DNA from: a virus
Direction: 5' to 3' (one strand)
IMG/VR virus record: IMGVR_UViG_3300034061_006808
Span: 4,336-68,335 of that record
Length of the DNA stretch: 64,000 nucleotides
Shown here piece by piece: positions 20,401 to 32,400 of the stretch. Within the stretch, counting starts at the first letter, position 1, and the number at the start of each line of letters is the position of its first letter. The notes beneath the pieces were generated by a model. That model saw only the letters and a program-made list of their open reading frames with translations, was not told the origin of the DNA and did no database searches. The position numbers and the translations under genes were made by a program.

Positions 20401-23400
20401 TCCAGATAGCGATGAATACGACGCCAACGAGCAGGGGCAAATTACCTACACACGCATCACAAGCGATCAAGCGCGATTCGGAGGGATAAATCCAGAGATG
20501 ATGGCATCGGTTACTTTGAGGGATTACGGCATCAAAGGCATCCGCTACCTCGACGGCGGCAGCCGCTCTGATGGGCAAGGAACCTACAACTATGTCGTCT
20601 TCGACGAGAACCTCATCCGCATCGTCGCGGAGAACGGCCAGGAGATCGGCAACGCCACGGTGCTTTCCGCGAAGCCCACAGCCGCCCAGCGCGCCTCTGC
20701 GAAAGCCTACACCGAAGCCAACGGCAGCCAGCCAGCAGATGTCGCCGAAGATGCCGTGGCCATGCAGCTTGCCCAAGTCGCATCGCCATTCCGGCAGACT
20801 ACCTACCAACTTGATCTTTTCAACCGCCCGGCGCCCGCCAATGAACCCGTTGAAGTCACCGAGGACGAATACGACCAACTGGTCGAGCGTGGGCTGGCTG
20901 GCGACTGGAAAGCCTTGGCAAACGCCGTGGCCATGCGTGGACGCGCCTCCGCGATCCTTCCGCAACTGGTCGATTCGACCATCCCGGCATGGAATCCGGT
21001 CGGAACAAAAATCACCGAGACAAAAGACTTCGCGGCCCTGATGATGCCGATCCGCTCGCCCTACCATGAAATGATCAAGGTGGCCGTGCTGGACGACGAT
21101 TTGAACATTGTCAGCGCGCAGATCGTCAGCGTCGGCTCGCTCAACGAAGCCATGGCTCATCCCCGCAATGTTCTTGGGTTTTTGGCAAGGGTCTCGGAGC
21201 GGTATGGCAAAAAATACGAAAACATTATCATCTCGCACAACCATCCGAGCGGCGACCCCACGCCCTCGCAGGCGGATTACAGAGTTCAAAAAAACTTCGA
21301 GGAACTCGCAAGCGCGCTGGATTTCAATCTGATCGATCATGTCATCACCAACGGAACAAAGTATTATTCGCTCAAGGGTTTCGGATCAGGCTCGTTTGAA
21401 ACCCCTACACAGGCGGAGTGGGAAAAGGTATCATTCGATACACTTGCTACGGCGGAGTTGCCTTTCCAGTTTGCAGCCATCGCCAAGGAATTAAGCCAGT
21501 CCAATCCCGACGCCGGACACATTGTCTATCTCAACACCAAGTTGCGCGTTCTGGCCGTCGAGCAGTTCAATAAGAAAAACCCGACCGCACAGGAACTCGG
21601 CCAGCAAATTTTCCAGACCGTTTCAAGGGAAGGCGCATACGCTTTCACCGTATTGCTTCCCACGCTGAAAGGCGCGGGAGTCGATCCTGGATTCGCGCAA
21701 GGCAGATTGGTTCAGCAATTGCGCGAAGTCACAGGAAGAATGCAAGTGACCTTTATCGATGCCGTGAAAGAAGACGGCAGCAACTATTTCTCCTTCAAAG
21801 AAGCCGGACTTCTTGAAGAACCGGCCACCTACTTGGCAGCCAAGCCCCGCCAAGCCCAACAACTCGACCTTTTCGCCGACTCCTACAACCAGACCGCGAA
21901 GCCGTGGACTCCAAGCTGGCAGGCCAAGGCCGACACGAAGGTGGAGAACGCGCCGGAACTCAAACTTGAAAAGCAAACCGAGAACACCGCCCGCATCGAA
22001 GACTTCGGCGAGAAGATCGAAGGCGCTCGCAAAGATCTCTGGCAAAAATACACCGACGCCATCATGGCCGATTTGCCCGAGGATTCCGCCGACATCACCT
22101 TGGCGAAATTCCTCCCCGAGCCGGATTACGAAGCCATGCTGGCCAGCGGCATGGAACCCCGCCGAGTCGCCGCCGTGCGTGCGTTGCGCGATTTGATCCC
22201 AAGGAAACCCTCCACCGGCTGGAAGCTGCGCCGTTGGACCGAAGGCTTGATCAGCACGCGCACGATTATCCAGCGCCTTGTCGAACCGACCAACCCGATT
22301 TCCATCGAACGCTTCAACGCGATCCTTGCCGACTCGCCCGAGATGCGCGACCAGGTGGACCTCTACGACGCCCTCGGCTACCCGCTCATGCTGGAGGCCA
22401 AAGGCTGGAAACTCCGCCAGAAGCAAGGCTACACCACCTTCAACGGCCAGCCCACCAAAGCCAGCGACATCGTTTCCTACATGGAGAAGGACTACCGCAT
22501 GGACTGGAACCTCACCTCTGTGGTCCCCGATGGCGACTGGAGGCGCGGCTACAGCCAGACGCTTGAAAAATTCCGCGACCAGCTACAGGCCAAGGCCGCG
22601 AAGCCCGCCGAAGCCAAGAAGATCGACTTCCAATTCTACAGCGACCGCACGACTGGAGACATCTTCATTGGCAAAAAAGGCGCGAGCGGCGTGATTCGCC
22701 TCAAGCCCGGATTCAAGAGCGTGAAAGAGGCGAGCAACTGGCTCACTGACAACTACGACAACCTGCGCTTCCAATGGGAGGAAATGCGCAAGGAGCCGAT
22801 CCTTCGCAAAGCCCTCAACGATCCGCGCACCGGCCCAGCCCGCCGCGAGGGCGATGTCTCGCCCGAGATGTTCACCGAGGCGTTCGGATTCCGTGGAGTC
22901 CAATTTGGCAACTATGTGGAAGGGGAGCGCCGCCAGCGTGACTTGAACAACGCCTTCGACGCCCTCATGGACTTGGCCGAGACTCTGAATGTCCCCACCA
23001 AAGCGCTCTCGCTCGATGGCGCGCTTGGCATGGCCTTCGGTGCGCGAGGCACAGGAGGCAAGCGCCCCGCCGCCGCGCATTACGAACCCGGCCAAGTTGT
23101 CATCAACCTCACAAAAAACGCAGGCCCTGGCAGCTTGGCCCACGAATGGTTCCACGCGCTCGACAACTACTTCGCCCGCGTGGAGCGCACCGGCAGCACC
23201 GCGCCAAGGGAAGTGGATGAATACGCCACCGACTCGATCCGCAATCCCAAGAATGTGCGCCCCGCCGTGATGGACGCCTTCCGCGCCATCCGCAACGCCG
23301 TGGGCACGGGAACCTTCGCCGAGCGCAGCAAGAGGCTCGATGCCACCCGCTCCACGCCATACTACGGCACCACCATCGAGAAAGCCGCCCGCGCGTTCGA

Positions 23401-26400
23401 GGTCTATGTGGTGGACCGCCTCGCCAAGAGCAGCGTCACGAACGACTACCTCGCCAACATCGACTTCAGCGGCGACGCCTACCCGTTCCCGCAGGAGATG
23501 GAAGGCGGCATCCGCCAAGCCTACGATGTCTTGTTCAACACGCTCGACACCCGCGAAACCGATCAAGGCGTGGCGTTGTTTGCGAAGGCCCGCCGCTTGA
23601 ATCTGAATCAGGAAATCACGCCCGTGCCCATCACACGGCAGCTTGCCGGTCTTCCCAAGCGGGAAGCCTCAAACCGCATTCTTCCCGTTTTGCGCGAGTA
23701 TCAAAAACTGCGCGGCGACGAACTTCCCTACAATGCCGACCTGCAACGCCGTGTTGGATTTTCAGGAAGCACAACCGGAAAATTGGCTTCATACGCCACC
23801 CATTCTTTGGACGACATGGAGCTTGCATTTGCGCTCCCGCAAATCGTCGAAAGCGCGGCACTGGTAGAAACAAATCCCGATAAGAAAAACAACCCGGATG
23901 TTTCAGCAGTCCACCGATTGGTTACGGCGGTGAATATCGATGGAGAGATATATCCCGTAAAAATCACAGTCATTGAGCGCCGAAATGGAACCCTGCTTTA
24001 TGATGCGGTCACCAAAAAAAGTGAGGTTCGTGCCAGTGCCGTTCAGGCTCCCGAAGGAACTTCCACGGCGACCACGAACCTCAACCCAAAGTTGGCAGAC
24101 CTCATTGAAGCTTTCAACTTAAATTTTGATGGATCGCAACCGCTCTTCGCTAAATCCCGCCGCTCGCTGGACACCACAAGCGAACTCTTCGGCGACGAGA
24201 CGCCATTCAACCTAGTCGGCGAAACGCTCCCGCCCGCGCCGGTGAAGGCCGACACGGTGGTGGACGCCCAAGCCCGCGAAGAAGCCTTCCGCAAAAGCGG
24301 GCGCGAGGATGTGGAGGATTTGTTTGGAGATGCATCATCCCCGGCTCCTTCGCCGACAGCCACAGAGTTTGGTTTTACAAGGGAAATCGATGCGCCGATA
24401 GAAAAAATCAAAAAAGACATGGTTCGCTTTGCCTCGGGCATGAGCGGAATAAGCGACCTCGCTACATCCACATTTGTTCGCGGCGGGATGCAGAACTATG
24501 GAGTCGGATTTGATGTCGGCCTTCTGTCTAAAAATGCAATAGAGGCGCTGGCCAACGCGGTGGTGAATCTCGACGCGCAAGTCTTTATCGATTCCGGTGC
24601 ATTCAGTCATTTTATCAAGTCTCAAAAGGCGGAAGAAAAAGGAATTACCTTGAAGCCATTGAGTTTCGATAAAATTTTTGAAAAATACGATTCTATTTTA
24701 GATGCGATTCAAAAAGAAAACGCCGTAGAAAAAGACTATCCTTCGCCCCTTATGGTCATGCCGGACATTATCGGCAACCAAAAGGCATCCTTGTTGTTGA
24801 CAGACAAATATAAAGACAGGATCGCAGTCGAAACAGAAGCGCAGGCACTTACTCCGATTATTCCTATTCCGCTTGGCGAACTATCTCTTGCGCAGGCTTA
24901 CAATAAAATTCTTGAGATACTGAACTCCAACTCCAAAGGAATAACAATTGATCCATCCAAATTTATTGTTGGCATTCCTTCAAACGCGCAGGCTGTCAGC
25001 AGGGAAAAACTTGCGGAGTTTTTATCCGAAGCAAAACCGCCGCGCATTCATTTCCTCGGAGCGGCGGCTGATGTCAACATCAACCCATTGCTCGCGGTTG
25101 TTGCAAAAAGCGCCCCGGACACCATGGTCACGGCAGACGCCAGCAAAGTAAGAAGCGAGATTCTCAATGGCGTGGCTGCTGGAAAGACGCGAGAACAAGC
25201 GATTACCGATGCGCTCTTCCAAGAGGACGATCCAAGCGCGGTTCTGGAAAACTTCAGCAGAGAGATTGCGAGCGTTGAAGACAGCAGCAAACCGTCCACC
25301 CCGTCGCTTTTCACCCAGCCCGCCACCGATCAAGGCACGCTTTTCGACATCGGCCCAGTTGGTCCGCGCACGCTCACCCAGGCTGAAGCTGCCAAGACAA
25401 TCAGCAAACAAAAAGCCGCCGAGGTGCTGGCGGGTTCCAACCTTTCCGACCGCCCGATTTCCACCTACGAGCAAGCCGTGGCCGCGAACAACGCCCACAT
25501 GGGAACCAAGGCCAGCGAGTGGACGGCGGTGCCGATCGAGGAAGTGGTCATCACAGACCAAGGCCCGATGCCTCAATACGATGCGAAACTGACGGCGGCC
25601 TACTCGGGAGCGCCCACTTTATTCCCCGGCGACATGACATCCCCAGCTTGCCAATGGTGCGGAAAGCAGCCGGTGAGAAGGCTCTACAAGATCAAGCATG
25701 ACGCGAAAAAATATACCCTCATGGCGGGGAGCGAATGCTTTACGCATTTCCAAGAGGACAGCGGAGACAAAATGCTGCAAAGCACCAAGAGCGCGCAAAA
25801 CCTTGAGAAACTCAAAGTCGCGCTGGATGCCATTTCAGAACTCAATAAGGAGTTTCGCAGGAGCCGGACAGATTCCTACGGAAGGCCATCGACAAGTTGG
25901 TATAGCGAAGATGCCAGAATTCTGCGCGACAAATTGAAGGAGGCTATCGGCAAGATCGACGCCGAAAGCGGACCCGCCGCCATTACGCGCTGGGTCAATA
26001 CCAAGGGCAAGGATGCCGCAGAATTGATGGAGCAGTTCGCCGTCTTCATGGCCGAACCCAAAACCAAAAACCTTCAAATCAAGGCTCGCGATCTTGATCT
26101 GCAAAGCGTCAACAACGACCTCAAATATCGCGCCCAGCAGCTTCCCGATTACAAAATCGAATCCCTCAATAGGCAAAAAGAAAAACTCGAATCCGAAATC
26201 GCCGAGCTTTCCGGCGCGACCATTCTCGGGGCCAAGCCCGTGCGCGATATCACCAAGCGCAACGAAGCCGTTCAGAAAGCCGCCAACGACTACGCCGAGC
26301 GCAAGATCACCTTGGACGACTACCTCGCCGTTGTGCGGGCCGAGATGCCGTATGCCAAGATGGAAAGCGTGCCGGAGCCAGCCACGCGCGCGGACATGGA

Positions 26401-29400
26401 TGCGCTCACCGAGGACAAACGCGGGCGAATTTTTGTTCCATCAAAACTACTCAAAGGAGGCGAGCGCGTCGGCCTCCGCCTGGATATTCCCGCCTACCGC
26501 GACCACGGCACTTGGATCGTCGCCATCCACGAACCCCGCAGCACCGCAAGCGCTGGCAAATCCCTCGGCTACGAGTCCGTGGCTATGGTGCGCAACGCCT
26601 CGTTCGAGAGCAATGCCGACGCCGCACTCAACATTGCTCGCGGCCTTAAACCGAAATCCACCATTGCAACCATTGAAGGCGAGTGGGCTACAATTACTCC
26701 AGATGAAGCCAAGACCCGCGCCGAGGAAGCTATGAACGACTCCGAGTGGGTGCAAGTGGGCATGAACCCCTTCCGCCATTCATGGTTCTACAACCGCGCC
26801 ACCGGAGCGCCCGTTGTCTCCGCCAGCGAGGTTTTGCAAGTCGGCGGCTTGGTCCTCGCCAAAAACCCAGTTTACACAACCGCCGACGACCGTCGCTTTA
26901 TGGGCAATAAGTCTGGCGTCCTCTTCGCCAAATCGCGCCCCGCGCGTATCCTTGCCGAGACAAAAGGCAAAGTGGTCGCAGGCACGGCGGTGGGCACACG
27001 CAATCCGACCGGCAAGAACCCAGACGGCTCCGGCACGGATGCCTCGATGCTGGTGGGCCTCGATGCCATGCGCCAAGACCCCGCGCTGTTCCGCAAGAAC
27101 GCCATGCTGTTGGCCGACTACCCGCTGGTGGCTGGCCGTGTTCCCGAGGCCGCCGCGCTTGCCCGCAAGGTGCGCGCTCCGCTTGTGAGGGCGCAGGCCC
27201 GATTGGAGATTAAGACCGACGAGCACAAGAAAGCCCGCGAGGCGCTCCAAGTCGAACTCGCCCGCCAGCAGGGCGTGCGCAAGGCGAAGGTGAAGATGGC
27301 CGCCGTGGATGCCGCCATCGAAGCCAAGCCGGACGAGAACTCCCGCAAAGTGCGCGGCTTGGTCTCACGCATCACCGCCGCCCGCACCGCCGCCGAGAAA
27401 GCCAAGACGGAGGTCGATGTCGCCAAGAAAGCCTTCGACAACGAGGTGAAGGCCATCCTCGCCAACGAGCGCCGTTTCCCGACCTCGATGGCCGAGAGCG
27501 TTTACCAAGCCCTCACCGAGATGGCCGTGGACAACCTGGAGCGCCTCATCGAACTTTTCCCCGCCGACCTCCGCGACATCGCCCGCCTCTGGTATGATGG
27601 CGCAAACATCATCGCGCAGGATTTCGCCACCCGCTTCGGCACCACGCTCAACCGCTCCGCCGCCGTGCTGGCCGTGTTCAGCCCGCAGAAGGATTGGTTC
27701 ATGAATGTGGCCCTCGCCGAGCGCATGATGAATGTCTGGCGCAACCACCAAGACACGATCTTCGACGATGCCATGGCGGCCCAATACATCCGCCGCAGCG
27801 GCGAGCCCCAGCCGCAATGGGACAAGAAGCTAGACGACTACAAGCGCGACGCCCAAGGAAACATCCTCTACGAAAAAGGCGCGAAGCCGGTTACCAACGA
27901 CGCGGGCGATATCGTGGATTGGGAGAATTGGGACAACACCAAGGCGCGGGAGAAACTGGAGGAAGCCAAGGCGGATATTGAAAAACTCAAAGGCAAAAAA
28001 CTCAAAGACCTTCCGTTAAAGTGGCAAGCCCGCTTCATCCGTATGTGGAGCGAGGTTTACGACTCACCCTCCTTCCCCGTCGTCTCGCCCGATGGGCGCT
28101 TCGGCGATCCCATGCTCACCGAGAAAGGCGAGCCGCGCAGCATCGCGTGGGGCAGCTACAACACGATTGAAAAAGCGATCAACATCCTCTCGGCTCCGGC
28201 AGAGGCCGAGATGCAGACGATCAGCGCCGAACTCGGCGTCCAGCACAAGGTGCGCTCGTTCTACAACAACATCGTGGACCCAGCGAACCCCGATGGCCAT
28301 GTCACGATGGATACCCACGCCATCGCCGCGATCCTGTGGCAAGCCCTCTCCGGCAACAGCCCCGAGGTCAGCCAGAATTTCGGCCAAGGCGGAGCCGCTG
28401 GAAACGCCAACCTTGGCATCAGCGGTCTCTACCCCGCCTTTGCTGAAGCCTATCGCATCGTTGCGAAGGATTTCAACTTGCTTCCGCGCGAAGTCCAGAG
28501 TATCACTTGGGAGGCCGTCCGCTTGCTTTTTCCGGCGAAGTTCAAGAGCCAGAAAGCCAATGTCAACAAGGTCCGAGCGATCTGGAAAAAGCACGAACAA
28601 GGCATCATCACCACCAAAGAAGCCCATGATCTCATATTCCGACTCACCGACGAATGGAGCAATCGCGACACCCTCCAAGGCCGACGCGGAAAAACTGCGT
28701 CTGAAGCAATTGCGGATGGTTCAGGAGTGGGCCGACCGGACTGGGCAGCGGTTGCCGGGAACCGTGTCAATAATACTGGAAGACAGGCGCAAGCCAATGA
28801 CGCAGGAGAGCTACCTGCGGACGGAGGGACTCGGAGTGGAACTGGACGACCTGCTGGAGGACGAGGAGGCGCTGGCCGAGCTTCCCGAGTGGTTCCAGCA
28901 ACTCCCGAGGGGGGACAGCCCAGGGCTGTATTAGGGGCCAAGGCGCGCCCGACCAAAGGTTATGGCGCGGAGCCATGGCGTTTGACAAAGAGGGAATTTT
29001 TCCACCCTCAAATCAGCCGAAAATTTATTGAAGCGGCAGATTCTCCAGATGGAACCTTGATTGGAACCATCGGCGATGTAGTTCATGGTGCAAAAACAAG
29101 GAGGCTTTTGGATGCCGTTCTTGATGTCCCAATAATGATACTCCGATACCCCGTTCAAGGCGGGAAACGAGTGCCAACCGGCAAAGACTTCACATTTGAT
29201 GGAGCTTCTGGAAACTTCAACGGCAAGCCAGCGATCTTCATTAACCCTAATGAAAAAATGGTTGGAACGCTGTGGGAAGAATCCGCTCACCAAATGCGCG
29301 CCGCAAAGGGGAGACCCATCAGGAAGACCGATATTTCAAAACTCATAAACGACGACAATTTTTTTGATAACGAATACCAAAACGACCCAGAAGAAGTATC

Positions 29401-32400
29401 CGCAAAAAAAATGCGTGAATACCTCGGGTCACTTGCATCGAAGGAAAAGAGCCATGAAGAAATCGTTGCCGATGCGGTGGCCGCAGGGTTGCCTGTTCCA
29501 GAAAATGTTTTAGCGGAATATCCCACCATTCTTTCCGCCAAACCCTCCAGCAAACGCCGCCCCGCGCTTCCTCCGATGGAGCAGCGCATCGAGGCGAGCC
29601 TCGACCAGATCGAGCAGTGGGGCAATGTGCTGCGTGCGGCGGAGGAGAAGCCTGCTGGCAGCGTGCAGAAGCTCGCCAATGCGATCCGCGAGGAGATGCC
29701 GAACGATCTCTGGAAGGGCTATCAATATCTTTTCCGTGGCCGCTTGGACCGCGCGGATGCGCTGGCTCCTGGAGTGAAAGGCATCCTGCAAGCTGCCCAG
29801 CAGGAAGAGGCACTTGCCCAGCTTGGCGTGAACGCCGTGGTGGATGGCTTGCGCCGCGAGCTGCAAAAGGCATTTGGCGATCCCTCGTTCTGGAATAAAA
29901 ACCGCGCACGCTTGAAAGAGGCCACGCGCATGCTTCTGCCTGTGGCCAGCTACCTCCAGCCGGAAAGTGCGGGATTGGACGGCGGCTTTGTGTGGCGCGA
30001 CTTCGAGCGTCGCAGCGGCACGATCAGCCAAAAGCAAGCCACGGAACTGCGTCTCAAAATGGGTGAGTGGTTTCAGATGGATGGGCGCACCTACCGCCTC
30101 GGCGAATACCTCCAAGACGAAAAACAATTTACGCTTCTGGAGCCGATCAGCGCGGAGCAGCAGCAGGCGATCTATGAGGAATTCTGGAAAGAATTTCCCG
30201 AGGCGCTCCCGATTCTCGACCGCTGGATCACGCCAGACCTCAAGGATGCCTACACCGTGGGCGAAGGCGCGACGATGGGTGTGGAATTCAACCGCGAGGC
30301 GCTTCTAAATTTCTACAACGCTTGGCCGGAAAATCTCCGCAACCTTTGGGGCGACATGCCGCTTGCCGAGGTGCCGCGAGTGGATGGCTACACGCCCGAC
30401 ATTGCGGCCCAGCGCGGCATCATCGCCATGATTGCCCGCCTGCTTGGCAAATACAAATCCCCCGGTCGCAAGTTCAAGAGCGGCGCGCTGCGCGAGGCGG
30501 GTAATGTGAAAAACCTGGTCGATGGATTTAGCACCCGCGCCATGGAGGCCCACCGCGAGAAAATCCGCATGCGGATGCGCGAGGGCATCATCGAGAAAGC
30601 CGTCGTTCTGCGCGAGGATGTGCCTGCGGAATTCCTCGCCGACTACATCGCGCTGGAGGATGTTTACAGCAGCATCGTGAAGGCCGTGGAAGCCGCGCGC
30701 CTGCTTGATAAAAAATCCTACCCTCACCTTTCAAAGGCGCTCAACCCGAAAGATCAAGTGCAACTCATGAAGTTGGTGGGCGATGCCGCGAGGCTCAATA
30801 GCATCGAGCAAATGATCCACCGGGATGTTTACCGCGAACTCATGTTGAGCATGGCGCGGGCGCAGACCGAAAACATGCTTTTGAAGCTCGCCAATTTCTT
30901 CCTTCGCGCGAAGAAACTCGGTGTGCTCACCGCCGGATCGGTGGGTATCAACTGGCTCGGCAATGAAATCCTCAAGCTCACCCAGGCGCTGAACCGCTTG
31001 AACTACGGCCTCGCCCTCATGCTGGTGGCCGACTCGAAAGGTGCGAAGGTCAACATCCTCGAAGCCCTCTACCTCCTGCGCGGACTCATTACCGACCGCG
31101 CTCCAAACACGCTCAACCAGCAACGCATCGCCGATATTCTGCCCCGCGAGCTTTTCGACAACACCACCGCGCTGGCCAGCCTCGACGCAGGCGTGAACTA
31201 CGGCAACTTGATCGACGACATCAAGCGCAACGGTGTGCTGCGCGGCCCCGCGCAAGGCATGGTCAACGCCTTCAAACAAGGCGGCGTGAGCGCGAGCATC
31301 CTCTACGCAGTCCACTACTCGGGCGGTGATGCCGCCGCCAAGCAGCAGACCGCCTACGCCGCCTACCGCGCCCGTGCCGAAGTGGCCGCCGACGAGGCAG
31401 GCATCAAGAAAGGCCGCACCGAGTGGATGCGCAATTGGATGATGAAGCAAGTGCGCGAGAACAGCGACATCCACCAAGAGGTGATGGATGCGACCCGCTT
31501 GTTCTTCATGGACTACTCGAATGTGCCGATGTGGTTAGACCCCTCTGCCAATCTGCCCGAAGAAAAAACCATCCGCTTTATGAAAGAGCACGCGCTCTGG
31601 TTCATGAAGTATCCCTACAATTTTATGCGCATGATGAAGCGCATGGGGATTGATGGCGCAATCGAACTCGCCTCGCCCTCCTCGACCAAGCAGGAGCGCG
31701 CCCGTGGCCTTGCCAATATGCTCACGCTTGCCGCTGTGGCCTATGTTGGCGCATCCCTGCTTTCCGGAGACGACGAAGAGGATAGCGTCACAGGCTCGCG
31801 CTACGACGCCGAGGGCAACTTCCTCGACCGCGACAAAGATACCAGCAGCCGTCTCAATGTTTCCGCCGTGGCCCGCAACCTGCGGCTCGGGCGCACGATT
31901 GCCACCGCGCTTCGCATGGCGGGCATCAGCGTGAACGACGACCTCACCAACCATCGCGGCGATGACTTTTGGATGTATTACCGCAACATCACCTGGGCAC
32001 CGGAATCACTCCTAATGGGCCGTTTGGCTCGCGGGGACTTCAAGGGCTTCCTCAAAGATGTCGGTCCCTACATCACCGACATGGCGGGCTTGGGAGCGCT
32101 CTTCCAACTTGGCGGCTTTGCCATTATCGGCAGCACGGACTCGAAAAAGCCCTACTTGAGCCGAGTCACCGAGGCTTGGTATGAGACCTTGAGCGCGCCG
32201 GTGAATCCAAGCGCCATCACCCGCTATGTCACCTACATGACCGATCCGGTGGCCCGCAAACAAAAAGGGCTCTCGCCTGTGGAAGCCATCAAGAGCCAAA
32301 TCCCCGGCTTGTCCAAAACCATTCCCGCCGCTGGCGATCCCGTCGAAGTGCCTCTCACCTACAATATCAACACGGATCGTGGCTACGAAACCGCCGCCCG

